Below are positions 22,683 through 32,798 of a stretch of 64,000 nt of DNA, in pieces (within the stretch, counting starts at the first letter, position 1; every line of letters begins with the position of its first letter). Source of the stretch: an uncultured Candidatus Saccharibacteria bacterium (GTDB lineage: Bacteria > Patescibacteriota > Saccharimonadia > Saccharimonadales > Saccharimonadaceae); contig CAYXTS010000001.1 in assembly GCA_964468665.1 (NCBI GenBank), forward strand, positions 3,418-67,417, given 5' to 3'. The notes below the pieces were generated by a model. The model made no database searches. It was not told the DNA's origin and saw nothing but the letters and a program-made list of their open reading frames with translations. The position numbers were made by a program, and so were the translations under genes.

Positions 22683-23816
22683 ATGATAAGTGTGAATTGT
22701 AGCCCGAAAGTGGACAAAGCTTCTCTTCCAAAGATTTTGGAGGAGATTTCAAAAGATGAAATGGGTGGTTGGACGGAGTTGCCGCGGGAATACGACAAAG
22801 ATGAATTTGATAGGATTAAGAAGGCGGCAGAGAAGATTAACGAGACTAGTGATTATTTAGTGTGTATTGGGATTGGAGGTTCGTATTTAGGACACAGGGC
22901 TATAATTGAGGCCTTAAGGCCAACTTCTAAAACTAAGATTGTTTATGCTGGAAATTCCTTGAGTAAGAGAGAGCTAGAACATGTAATGGCGGAGGTGGGT
23001 GATACTGATTTTTCTATTAATGTGATTTCGAAATCTGGTACTACGCTTGAGCCGGCGATTGCGTTTAATGCTTTTAAAGATAAGTTAATTCAAAAATACG
23101 GTAAGGAGGAAGCTAGTAAGAGGATTTTTGCAACGACTGATGCTAGCAAAGGGACGCTGCATGATGAGGCGGTAGCTGAGGGCTATGAAAGATTTGTGGT
23201 GCCGGATAATATCGGAGGACGGTATTCGGTGTTGACCGCGGTAGGACTGCTGCCACTTGCTGTATCAGGGGTAAATATAGATGAGCTGTTGAGTGGCGCA
23301 GTTGATGCTATGGAAAAAGATAGCGAGTCTATTGCGAAATATGCCTGGATGAGGTATGAACTTGGTGAAAAAGGATATGATACTGAGGTTTTTGCGAGTT
23401 TTGAGCCGGCAACTATGTATTTTAACGAGTGGTTGAAACAACTATTTGGAGAATCTGAGGGCAAGGATAAACAGGGTATTTTCCCAGCTTCAGTGATTTA
23501 TTCTACGGATTTGCATTCTTTGGGGCAGTTCATGCAGGATGGAAGACGGAACTTGTTCGAAACTATTATTGATTATCCGACGGATGAGATGAATGCGAAG
23601 GTTGTGCAGGCAGTAAAAATAGCACATAGAGAGGGTGGGATACCTGTGCTAGAGATAAAAGTTCCCTCGTTTGATGCGAGAGGGTTTGGTGAGCTGATTT
23701 ATTTCTTTGAACTTGCGTGTGCGATTTCGGCGAAATTGTTTGGGGTGAATCCGTTTGATCAGCCTGGGGTGGAGGCCTATAAAAATGAACTTAAAAAGTT
23801 GATGGCGGAGGGATGA
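22683..23816 (+). CDS. pgi: glucose-6-phosphate isomerase (short form)
   Basis: [42 protein letters not shown]. Confidence 0.95.
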   Translation: MISVNCSPKVDKASLPKILEEISKDEMGGWTELPREYDKDEFDRIKKAAEKINETSDYLVCIGIGGSYLGHRAIIEALRPTSKTKIVYAGNSLSKRELEHVMAEVGDTDFSINVISKSGTTLEPAIAFNAFKDKLIQKYGKEEASKRIFATTDASKGTLHDEAVAEGYERFVVPDNIGGRYSVLTAVGLLPLAVSGVNIDELLSGAVDAMEKDSESIAKYAWMRYELGEKGYDTEVFASFEPATMYFNEWLKQLFGESEGKDKQGIFPASVIYSTDLHSLGQFMQDGRRNLFETIIDYPTDEMNAKVVQAVKIAHREGGIPVLEIKVPSFDARGFGELIYFFELACAISAKLFGVNPFDQPGVEAYKNELKKLMAEG

Positions 23817-24754
23817 TGAAAAAACGGGTGGTATTAGCACTGGGTGGGAATGCCTTGCAAAAAAATGGTGAGATGACGGCAGAGGCTCAAAAAGCGGTGG
23901 CGGCAGAAGTGGGGGAGGTAGTTGCGAGCTTAGCTGATAAATATGAGATTATTGTGGCGCATGGGAATGGTCCACAAGTGGGAAATATTTTGATTCACGA
24001 AGAGTCGGCCAGTACGGATAAGGCGCCAGCGATGCCACTCGAGACGGCGGTGGCAATGAGCCAGGGACAGATTGGTTATTGGTTGACACAGGCGATTAAC
24101 AATGCGTTTTTGAAGAGGGGTCGGAATGTTAAGGTGGTGACAATAGTGTCGCAAGTGGTGGTTGATAAAAAAGATGCGGCTTTTCGGCATCCGACGAAGC
24201 CGATTGGGCAATTTTACTCGCAAAAAGAGGCAGCTAAACTGGCTAAGGATAAGGGGTGGACAGTGAAAGAAGATGCTGGTCGGGGGTGGCGTAGAGTGGT
24301 AGCGTCGCCAAAGCCGGTTGATATTGTAGAGAAGAAAGCGATTTTGGATTTAGTGGAGGACGGAGTGATTGTGGTGGCAGCTGGTGGGGGAGGAATTCCG
24401 GTGTATCGGACGCGGGTGATGAAGCGATTAAAGGGGGTTGATGCAGTGATTGATAAAGATTTTGCGGCGGAGAAATTAGCAGAGTTGGTAAAAGCAGATA
24501 TTTTTGCATCGGTAACGGCGGTACCAAATGTGTATGTGAATTTTGGTTTGCCAGAGCAACAGGCTCTAGGGGAGGTTTCGGTAGATGAGGTGTTGGGATT
24601 AAAGAAATTTGGCTATTTTAAGGCTGGTTCGATGTTGCCAAAAGTAGAAGCGGCGGCGATGTTTGCTAAGAAAGGTGGAGTGGGTATTATTACAAATATT
24701 GAGAATTTGAAGCTTGCTTTGGTGGGTAAGGCGGGAACAATAGTCAAGAAATAA
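23813..24754 (+). CDS. arcC: carbamate kinase
   Basis: [43 protein letters not shown]. Confidence 0.95.
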   Translation: MMKKRVVLALGGNALQKNGEMTAEAQKAVAAEVGEVVASLADKYEIIVAHGNGPQVGNILIHEESASTDKAPAMPLETAVAMSQGQIGYWLTQAINNAFLKRGRNVKVVTIVSQVVVDKKDAAFRHPTKPIGQFYSQKEAAKLAKDKGWTVKEDAGRGWRRVVASPKPVDIVEKKAILDLVEDGVIVVAAGGGGIPVYRTRVMKRLKGVDAVIDKDFAAEKLAELVKADIFASVTAVPNVYVNFGLPEQQALGEVSVDEVLGLKKFGYFKAGSMLPKVEAAAMFAKKGGVGIITNIENLKLALVGKAGTIVKK

Positions 24755-24850
24755 TATCAACCTCTGTTAAAACGGTGGAAAACTTGTGGAAAAATGAATA
24801 ATTTTTTTGTTCAGAATTTTTGTTGTGCTTATGGTAATTTTCGTATATAA

Positions 24851-25876
24851 TTGGAGGGTATGGATGGGTACACGTTAACTAATAAAATGCCAACACGTAA
24901 GGATTTTATTGATACTGCAGATTTTGATCAGGCCGAGATGATGGATATAATTAGGACTTCTCGTATTGTACGTGAGTATATAAAATCTGGTAAATATTTA
25001 AATTCATTATTTCATAAGACTTTGGCTATGTTATTTGAACAGAAATCTACTAGAACGCGGGTTTCTTTTGAGGTGGCAATGGCACAACTTGGTGGACATG
25101 CATTGAATTTGGCGCCAGGGGCGATTCAACTAGGTGCACATGAAACGATTGAGGATACTGCTGTAGTGCTTGGAAGAATGTGTGATATGATAATGTCTCG
25201 AGTGGATAGGCATGAATCGATTGAGGCTTTGGCTAGGTTTGCCGATGTGCCAGTAATAAATGGTATGAGCGATAGGGTACATCCAACACAGGGGGTTGGT
25301 GATATGATTACTATATTTGATCATTGGCCAGAAGAGAAAAAATTTAATGATGTGAAGGTAGTTTTTGTGGGTGATGCGACTCAAGTTTGCAATACTCTTT
25401 GTGAAATGACTACCAAAATGGGAATGAATTTTGTGCATTATGGACCAGCTAACCATAAAATTTCTGATGAGTGGCTAGAAATTGGTAAGAAAAATGTTGA
25501 AAGATATGGTGGTTCTTGTGTTTGGAGCGAAGATCAGGAGATCTTGAGGGGTGCAGATTTTATTTATACAGATGTATGGTACGGATTATATGATAAAGAG
25601 ACACCAAAAGAGGAGTATATGAAAGACTTTTATCCGAAGTATCAAGTGAATGATGAAATGATGAGAATGACTGGGAATTTGAATTGCAAATTTATGCATT
25701 GTTTACCAGCAAATAGAAATGAAGAAGTAACTGATTCGGTATTGGATGGAGTAAATTCCATAGCGTGGGATGAGGCCGAGAATCGTTTGACGGCTCAGCG
25801 AGGACTTGTTTTGTATTTCGGTCGTGTAGCTCAAATCACTCTAGATTACATAAAACAACAAAAGGAGGTTAAATAA
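24851..25876 (+). CDS. aguB: putrescine carbamoyltransferase (start uncertain, 24851-24887)
   Basis: STRTR, HPTQ and HCLP transcarbamylase motifs. QLGAHETIEDT, VFVGDATQV, DVWYGLY and FYPKYQV recall the Enterococcus faecalis-type putrescine transcarbamylase. Adjacent to agmatine deiminase. Confidence 0.85.
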   Translation: MEGMDGYTLTNKMPTRKDFIDTADFDQAEMMDIIRTSRIVREYIKSGKYLNSLFHKTLAMLFEQKSTRTRVSFEVAMAQLGGHALNLAPGAIQLGAHETIEDTAVVLGRMCDMIMSRVDRHESIEALARFADVPVINGMSDRVHPTQGVGDMITIFDHWPEEKKFNDVKVVFVGDATQVCNTLCEMTTKMGMNFVHYGPANHKISDEWLEIGKKNVERYGGSCVWSEDQEILRGADFIYTDVWYGLYDKETPKEEYMKDFYPKYQVNDEMMRMTGNLNCKFMHCLPANRNEEVTDSVLDGVNSIAWDEAENRLTAQRGLVLYFGRVAQITLDYIKQQKEVK

Positions 25877-27327
25877 TGCCAAAGAAGAAAAGAAAATTTA
25901 GGCTGTTTTCTGCGGTGCTCGCGACAGTCTGTATAATTTTGGTTGCGGATGCAATTGCTCCAACAGCATCCATTGGTAATTCGATGTATGTTTGGTGGAT
26001 TATCATGCTACTAGGGTTTTTTATCCCCTATGGTTTAATATCTGCTGAGCTTGGCACACAGTACCCATCCGAGGGTGGTATGTATACTTGGATTAAGAAG
26101 GCTTTCGGAAAGAAATGGGCTTCTAGGGTTGCTTGGTTCTATTGGGTGAATTACCCACTGTGGATTGCTTCTCTTGCAGACCTTATTACAACAATGATAA
26201 TGCAGATGTTCGGCTTTGAAATGGAAATCTGGATGGTACTTGCAATTCAAGTATTCTACATTGCACTAGTTACCATACTTGGTATGCTTCGTATTTCACA
26301 ATCGGCATGGGTATCAAATTTTGGCGCAATTATCAAGTTCTTGATTCTTGGCGGTATTTCTGCGTTAGGCCTCTATGTATTCTTTACACAGGGAACTATG
26401 AACCCAATTGAAAGCTGGCATGATTTTATTCCGCTGGCAAGTGCTGATGGTGGAGTTGACTGGGCGGGTCTTTCATTTGTTTCGCTTATTATCTTTAATA
26501 TGCTTGGTTTTGAGGTGGTTGGTACTTTTGTGGATGATATGGATAAACCTAAAAGACAAATACCGCAAGCAATTATCCTTGGTGGTATCTTGATTGCGAT
26601 TTTCTATATTTTGCCGTCGTTTGGTATGGGTGTTGGTACGTCATTTGAAGAGATACAAACAAACACTGGTTTCCTGGATTCGTATGGAATATTAATGGCT
26701 AATGCTGGTATATCTGCAGCAGCAATTAAGTCAATTATTATTATCGTGGGCGGTGCTTTTATATTGACGCTTATTTCGAACATTTCCTCGTGGAATTTTG
26801 GTGTGTATTCCGTGATTGCTTATGCGGCCGAAGACGGTATGTTCCCGAAAACTTGGAAGAAGCGTAATCGTGATGGTGTTCCATATATGGTGGGAATTTG
26901 GACGGGGATAATTGCGGCGATTTTGGCGGTGGCTGGTATTGTTTTGGCTTATTGTTTTCCAGAATGGGAAGATGGTTCAAATATGTTTTGGGCATTCTTT
27001 GATTTGTCATTGGTATGTTTGTTATTATCTTATATTCCGATGTTTGCAGCATTTATCAAGTTACATAAAAATGGTAAGCAGGTCAAAAATGGCTATTGGA
27101 TTAAAGTTGGCCCAATAATGAGGTGGATAATGGGCATAGTACCATTACTGCTTCTTGGAATTTCTCTATTCTTTACTTTAATACCGGAATTTTCATGGGA
27201 AGCAATTGCGGATAATGCAACATTACTGGTTTCATCTGGCGTATGTGTTGTGGTGGGTGAGATTATGGTTTATAACATGATAAGGAAAGATGGAAGGAAA
27301 AAATTGTTGCGTAAGGCAAGTAGATAA
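25876..27327 (+). CDS. aguD: APC-family agmatine/putrescine antiporter
   Basis: About 12 TM helices, AELGTQYPSEGGMYTW, GFEVV; lies between aguB and aguA. Confidence 0.8.
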   Translation: MPKKKRKFRLFSAVLATVCIILVADAIAPTASIGNSMYVWWIIMLLGFFIPYGLISAELGTQYPSEGGMYTWIKKAFGKKWASRVAWFYWVNYPLWIASLADLITTMIMQMFGFEMEIWMVLAIQVFYIALVTILGMLRISQSAWVSNFGAIIKFLILGGISALGLYVFFTQGTMNPIESWHDFIPLASADGGVDWAGLSFVSLIIFNMLGFEVVGTFVDDMDKPKRQIPQAIILGGILIAIFYILPSFGMGVGTSFEEIQTNTGFLDSYGILMANAGISAAAIKSIIIIVGGAFILTLISNISSWNFGVYSVIAYAAEDGMFPKTWKKRNRDGVPYMVGIWTGIIAAILAVAGIVLAYCFPEWEDGSNMFWAFFDLSLVCLLLSYIPMFAAFIKLHKNGKQVKNGYWIKVGPIMRWIMGIVPLLLLGISLFFTLIPEFSWEAIADNATLLVSSGVCVVVGEIMVYNMIRKDGRKKLLRKASR

Positions 27328-27328
27328 A

Positions 27329-27360
27329 AAAACAGCTCCTATAAAAAGGAGCTGTTTTTT
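27329..27360. terminator. intrinsic terminator
   Basis: aaaaacagctcct-ataaa-aggagctgttttt perfect inverted repeat. Confidence 0.75.
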
Positions 27361-27396
27361 GTGCTATCATTATATATAGAAAAGGAGATAATACTT

Positions 27397-28491
27397 ATGA
27401 AACTTAATTCGACGCCGAAACAAGATGGATTTTATATGCCGTCGGAGCTTACGGAGCATAAATGTACTTATTTGCTTTGGCCAGAAAGGCCTGATAATTG
27501 GCGAGGTGGGGCGAAACCAGCTCAGAAGGCGTTTCGGGAAGTAGTGGAAAAGATTGCAAAACATGAGCCAGTAGTGCTTGGCGTTAATCAATCACAGTAT
27601 TCGCATGTGTTAGGGATGAATATGGAGAATGTTTCGGTAGTTGAGATCTCGAATAATGATTCATGGATTCGGGATACAGGGGCTACTATGGTAGTAAATG
27701 GTACTGGTGAGATAAGGGCAGTTGATTGGGGCTTTAATGGATACGGAGGATTAATAAATGGTATATATTTTCCTTGGGATCTGGATGACATGATTGCTGC
27801 AAAAATGGCCAATATTGAAGGCGTTGATAGATATCGTACAGATGGTTTTGTTTTGGAGGGAGGATCTATACATTCTGATGGGGAGGGGACTTTGCTCGTA
27901 ACGGAGGAAACATTACTTGATGAGGGCCGTAATCCAGGGAAGTCTAAAGAGGAGATCGAAAAATATCTATTAGATTATTGTGGAGCGGAAAAGGTGTTAT
28001 GGATTCCGTATGGTGTCTATAAAGATGAAGATACGAATGGACACGTAGATAATATTTGCCAATTTGTGGCTCCTGGTAAGGTAGTTTTGGCTTGGGAAGA
28101 TAATCCGTCTGATCCTCAACATGAGAGGTCGGTGCGAGATTTGGAGTATTTGGAGTCTGTTACGGATGCAAGGGGGCGAAAACTTGAAATTATTAAGGTT
28201 CATGTGCCGAATGTGATTACTATTACGAAAGAAGAATCTGAAGGTGTAGATGTGGTGGAGGGTACTTTCCCTCGCAACGAAGGAGATCGTTTGCCAGCAT
28301 CATATATTAATTATTATAATTGCAATGGCGCCGTTATTTTGCCGGTATTTGATGATCCTCATGACGAGGATGCTATGAAAATTTTGCAGGAGTGTTTCCC
28401 GGATAAGGTTATTGAAACGGTGTATGCGCGCGAAATACTACTTGGAGGTGGAAATATACATTGCATTACGCAGCAAGTTCCTAAAGCTTAA
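27397..28491 (+). CDS. aguA: agmatine deiminase
   Basis: WPERPDNW, DSWIRDTG, LEGGSIHSDGEGT, DTNGHVDN, GGGNIHCITQQ (catalytic Cys). SD AAGGAG before ATG 27397. Confidence 0.95.
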   Translation: MKLNSTPKQDGFYMPSELTEHKCTYLLWPERPDNWRGGAKPAQKAFREVVEKIAKHEPVVLGVNQSQYSHVLGMNMENVSVVEISNNDSWIRDTGATMVVNGTGEIRAVDWGFNGYGGLINGIYFPWDLDDMIAAKMANIEGVDRYRTDGFVLEGGSIHSDGEGTLLVTEETLLDEGRNPGKSKEEIEKYLLDYCGAEKVLWIPYGVYKDEDTNGHVDNICQFVAPGKVVLAWEDNPSDPQHERSVRDLEYLESVTDARGRKLEIIKVHVPNVITITKEESEGVDVVEGTFPRNEGDRLPASYINYYNCNGAVILPVFDDPHDEDAMKILQECFPDKVIETVYAREILLGGGNIHCITQQVPKA

Positions 28492-28514
28492 AGAACATAT
28501 GATATAATATGCTT

Positions 28515-30158
28515 ATGGATAAACTTTCATTTGATGGGCCCGTGGTCCTTGCGATTTTGGATGGGGTGGGATTAGCGCCGGATGGGCCGGGGAATGCGGT
28601 ATCGAAAGCGCGAACTCCGTTTTTAGGACAAGCAGCAAGAGAATATTTCCATGTAGCTTTGAACGCATCGGGAAAGGCAGTCGGACTTTTGCCTGGGCAG
28701 ATGGGAAATTCGGAAGTTGGTCATAATACGATGGGGGCAGGCAGAGTGTTCAAGCAGGGTATTGCTTATGTTGAAGAAGCTTTTGCTTCTGGGGAAGTGT
28801 TTAAATCTGATGCTTGGAAGGGTGCAATTACGAGAATTTTGAGCGAGAATAAGGTTAAACTTGACAATTCTGATAATATGTGGTATAATGGAGAGATTGA
28901 GCCTGCAACTTTGCATTTTGCAGGTATTTTTTCTGATGGTGGGGTGCATAGTCATATTTCACATTTGGAGCAGATGGTAGAGGAGGCTTACAAAGAAGGT
29001 GTACGCAGGATGCGAGTGCATGCGATTTTTGATGGGCGAGACACACCACCACAGTCTGAACCTAAATATATTCAGCGTTTCGAGAATTTTGTATCGAGGT
29101 TTCCTGATGCGGATATCAAAATCGCTTCGGGCGGTGGCAGACAGACAACTGTATCAGATAGATATGAGAATGATTGGGGCGTTGTAGCTAGGGGCTGGGA
29201 TATGATGGTGAATGGAGAGGCAGATTATTACTTTAAATCTGCCGAAGAGGGGATTGTGATGCTTCGAAGAATTAATCCTTCAGTACAGGATCAAGATTTG
29301 CCGGCTTTCGTGATTGTTGACAATAATGATAAGCCAGTTGGGAAAATTAATAAAGGTGATGTATTAATCTATTTTGATTTTAGAAAAGATAGGGCGATTG
29401 AGATTGCGCAGGCGTTTACTTATTGGGATTTTCCTTATTTTAATCGTGGTTCATATACGCCAGATGATGTGTATTTTGTAGGAATGACGGAGTATAATTC
29501 GGATACGCATGTTCCGGAACATCGGCTGATAGAGCCTGAAGAGATGAACGAGACTCTGAACTGGTTTCTTAGTAGTCGTGGGATTTCTCAACTTGCGGTG
29601 AGTGAGACGTTGAAGTTTGGGCATATAACGTATTATTTTGATGGGAATAGTTACGAGAAGCACCCAGGTGAGGAGTTTATCGAAATCGAGTCATTTAAGG
29701 ATTATTCGACGAATCGTCCATGGATGAAATCGGCGGATATTACAGATGTGGTAATTGAAAATCTTGAGAAGTTTAAGTTTATTAGGTTGAATTTTCCAAA
29801 TGGGGATATTGTTGGACATACTGCGGATATGGAAGCGACTATTATTTCAGTGGAGGCAACTGACTTATGTCTAGCACGGATTGCGAAAGAAGTTGATAGG
29901 CTCGGAGGGGTTTTAGTGATTGTAGCTGATCATGGAAATGCAGAAGAACTATTGGATTCTAACGGGGTAAAAAAGACTTCTCACACAATGAATCGTGTAC
30001 CGTGCATTATATACGATAACACTTTGAATCGTAGTAAGTATCGTATGGCATCACTTGACAGACCTGGGCTTTCTAATCTTGCCTCTACGATAGCATTATT
30101 GTTAGGGCAGAGTGATTATCCGGAATCTTGGGACCAGCCGCTGATTACTGTGCTATAA
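28515..30158 (+). CDS. gpmI: 2,3-bisphosphoglycerate-independent phosphoglycerate mutase
   Basis: ILDG, QMGNSEVGH, SDGGVHSH, DGRD, DRYE, DIVGHT, ADHGNAE. Confidence 0.96.
   Translation: MDKLSFDGPVVLAILDGVGLAPDGPGNAVSKARTPFLGQAAREYFHVALNASGKAVGLLPGQMGNSEVGHNTMGAGRVFKQGIAYVEEAFASGEVFKSDAWKGAITRILSENKVKLDNSDNMWYNGEIEPATLHFAGIFSDGGVHSHISHLEQMVEEAYKEGVRRMRVHAIFDGRDTPPQSEPKYIQRFENFVSRFPDADIKIASGGGRQTTVSDRYENDWGVVARGWDMMVNGEADYYFKSAEEGIVMLRRINPSVQDQDLPAFVIVDNNDKPVGKINKGDVLIYFDFRKDRAIEIAQAFTYWDFPYFNRGSYTPDDVYFVGMTEYNSDTHVPEHRLIEPEEMNETLNWFLSSRGISQLAVSETLKFGHITYYFDGNSYEKHPGEEFIEIESFKDYSTNRPWMKSADITDVVIENLEKFKFIRLNFPNGDIVGHTADMEATIISVEATDLCLARIAKEVDRLGGVLVIVADHGNAEELLDSNGVKKTSHTMNRVPCIIYDNTLNRSKYRMASLDRPGLSNLASTIALLLGQSDYPESWDQPLITVL
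28861..28889 (+). promoter_or_regulatory. consensus sigma70 promoter inside gpmI coding sequence
   Basis: TTGACA-17 nt-TATAAT with an extended -10 (tgtgg-tataat). Confidence 0.55.
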
Positions 30159-30165
30159 TGGGGGC

Positions 30166-31002
30166 ATGAAAATCTCTAAAGCAATTATACCGGTCGCTGG
30201 ATGGGGGACTAGGCGGCTGCCGATTACAAAAATTATCGAGAAATCAATGCTACCAGTGGGGAATCGGCCACTAGTGGACTACTCGGTACAAGATTTAATA
30301 AAAGCTGGGGTGAAAGATATCTATATGGTGATATCAAATGTTGAACCATGCCAGGTGCGGGAGTTTTATAAGGATAATTTAGCTTTGAACCAATATTTGG
30401 TTGAAAGGGGGAAAGAAGATAGGTTGACACTAGCTAAAACTTTGCCGGATGATGTGACGATTCATTATACGGTACAGGACCCTTCGGGTAAATATGGAAC
30501 GGCGGTGCCGATTGCGATGGTGGTAGAAGAATTCAAAATCGATGAGCCAGTGTTGGTGTTTATGGGGGATGATTTTATTTGGAATCCTGGGGGTGAGAGC
30601 GCAGCGGAGGCACTGATTCGGGTGGCTCGTGATGGAGAATCTGCGATACTTGGAGTGGAGGTTGAAAGAGGCAAGGTTGAGAAGTATGGTGTGTTGTCAG
30701 AAAAAGATGGTAAGTTGATTGGGGTAGTAGAAAAACCTACTCCGGAAGAAGCGCCATCAAATTTGATCAATGTGTCTAAGTATATTATGGCGCCAGATCT
30801 ACTGAATCGAATTGTAAAATATGTGGCTGAAAATGATTTTGGGCCGAAAGATCAGGAATACATGGTAACAGATCCGATTGATGAGTACATCAAGGATGGT
30901 GGTGTAATGCGGGTGGCGCCGACAAGTGGTGAGTATTTGGATGGGGGTTCGGTTGAAGGGTGGCTACACGCAAATAATGTAGTTTGTGGTGAGAAGAAAT
31001 AA
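30166..31002 (+). CDS. GalU-like sugar-phosphate nucleotidyltransferase
   Basis: KAIIPVAGWGTRRLP, K.MLPVGNRP, VEKP, YLDGGS. Confidence 0.85.
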   Translation: MKISKAIIPVAGWGTRRLPITKIIEKSMLPVGNRPLVDYSVQDLIKAGVKDIYMVISNVEPCQVREFYKDNLALNQYLVERGKEDRLTLAKTLPDDVTIHYTVQDPSGKYGTAVPIAMVVEEFKIDEPVLVFMGDDFIWNPGGESAAEALIRVARDGESAILGVEVERGKVEKYGVLSEKDGKLIGVVEKPTPEEAPSNLINVSKYIMAPDLLNRIVKYVAENDFGPKDQEYMVTDPIDEYIKDGGVMRVAPTSGEYLDGGSVEGWLHANNVVCGEKK

Positions 31003-32721
31003 TTATTTCTTCTCACTCTCAGCTAATTCTTTGGCCATGCGTTCGAGCTTGCGGAAGTCGGTTTTGCTAGCACGAGTAAGGGGGAGTTCATCTAGAAAGA
31101 CGACTTTGCGAGGAATTTCGTAATCTTTTAAAACGATGCGGCGCTTGCCGATATAGAAGGGGTCGGTGGCTTCTTTGGCGATTTTGCGGCGAGTTTCGTT
31201 GTTCTTGCCGATACCATCGTTTAAAACAACAAAAGCGCAAGAAGCCCAGCCAAGTTTTTTGTCTGGCATTTTGACGACATAACAACTTTTGACGACTTTG
31301 TTTCTGGCGACAGAGGCGCGGACGACTTCGTAGTAGACTTTTGCGGGTAGGGTATTAATGAAGAAAGTGGCTCGCCCAACTAGGGTGACAAAACCGGTTT
31401 CGGAAACCGCGGCGAGATCGCCGGTATTGATGAATTTTCTACCTTTGATTTTGCGGATTTTTTCTTCGGTAAGTTCGGGGCGATTAAAATAGCGCTTCAA
31501 AGTGTGTTTACCAGATACATAAAGGAGGCCAGTTTTGCCGAAATCGAGTTCTTCATTGGTTTCGGGGTCTAAAATTGCAACATGTGCGCCTGGGACTACT
31601 TTGCCGACAGTATCAGGGTGATAACTGGAGCCGACTGCAACAGTGATGGAACCAAGGCATTCGCCGACACCATAGCCGTTGCACATTTTGACGGTAGCGT
31701 TGTGCGCCTTAAAGTATTCGGCGATATCTAGGGATGCTTGTTTTTCTAAGCGTTCGCCGCCGGAGATGCACATTTTGACGGAGGAGAGGTCGATATCGTC
31801 GGGTAGGACTTTGGGTAGCATTTCAAAGAACAGTGGGACAGTTTGGAGGACATTGATATCCTTTCCTAGATAATACGGAAAATTGCTTTCGTCGATGTCT
31901 GGGGTGAGAATAACTGAGCTACCGCCGATGATTGGTGTCATGGTAGAAGTCCAAAATCCGTATGGACAGTCAAACTTAACAAACGAAAGCCATGTTTTGA
32001 TTTCTTTGTCCCACATTTTGATGCCAGAGGCGGCTTTGGAATATAGAGCAGCAGCGACGAGGGCTTTATTGGTGAACACCATGGGTTTTGGCCCAGAAGT
32101 GGAGCCAGAGGTAAAGGTAATAATGGCTTCGTTGTTGCCGCCAAACATGTTTTTGGGCATATAGCCTTTGTGTTCCTTGGCGACTTCACGAATAGTTTTG
32201 TGTCCAACCCACATGTGATCTAGGACGGACATTTCGATATCTTCTTCCTGGGTTTCATCTATATCGCCTTCGTCGATAAGCTTGCCGTCTAGATTGATGA
32301 TATGCTTGATGGGTTTGGCATCATGTTTTAATTCCTTGATGCGTTTGTCGTTGTATTTGTAGGTGACGACGAGTGGAGATTTGAACTCCTCAATGTAATG
32401 AAGCAAAGTTTCACGAGGGGTTTTTTCGTCTAGAAAACTGACAACGGCGCCGATTTTGTTGGCAGCTAAAAACAAAACAACATTGTCGTACATGGAGCGA
32501 CTGGTCGCGATTGTGATAATGTCGCCTTTCTTGATGCCGAGAGCTAGAAGTGCTTTTAGGACGATTTTACGGTCGTGTTTTAATTCGCGACGAGTGAAAT
32601 CGAATTCTTTTTGATTGATAACGATATCGTTCCAGTGACGGAAACTAGATAAATTATAGAGTGCCGAGATGCTCATGGGTGGCACAATGGGGTCTTTTTT
32701 CTGGCCTTTGATTTTTAACAT
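31003..32721 (-). CDS. class I adenylate-forming enzyme (acyl-CoA synthetase-like)
   Basis: FTSGSTSGPK P-loop, NGYGVGE, NTGDL, P..VVFLDELPLT..K. Confidence 0.85.
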   Translation of the reverse strand: MLKIKGQKKDPIVPPMSISALYNLSSFRHWNDIVINQKEFDFTRRELKHDRKIVLKALLALGIKKGDIITIATSRSMYDNVVLFLAANKIGAVVSFLDEKTPRETLLHYIEEFKSPLVVTYKYNDKRIKELKHDAKPIKHIINLDGKLIDEGDIDETQEEDIEMSVLDHMWVGHKTIREVAKEHKGYMPKNMFGGNNEAIITFTSGSTSGPKPMVFTNKALVAAALYSKAASGIKMWDKEIKTWLSFVKFDCPYGFWTSTMTPIIGGSSVILTPDIDESNFPYYLGKDINVLQTVPLFFEMLPKVLPDDIDLSSVKMCISGGERLEKQASLDIAEYFKAHNATVKMCNGYGVGECLGSITVAVGSSYHPDTVGKVVPGAHVAILDPETNEELDFGKTGLLYVSGKHTLKRYFNRPELTEEKIRKIKGRKFINTGDLAAVSETGFVTLVGRATFFINTLPAKVYYEVVRASVARNKVVKSCYVVKMPDKKLGWASCAFVVLNDGIGKNNETRRKIAKEATDPFYIGKRRIVLKDYEIPRKVVFLDELPLTRASKTDFRKLERMAKELAESEKK

Positions 32722-32798
32722 ATTACCTCGCTTTTATTGATTATATTGTAGCACATTTGTGGTATAATTATAAGCATAAGTAATTAGAAAGGGTTTTT

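Noticed and set aside
24774-24793. DnaA-box-like pair (ggtggaaaa, tgtggaaaa) suggesting oriC
   Set aside because: Only two boxes, no dnaA nearby and no obvious skew switch.
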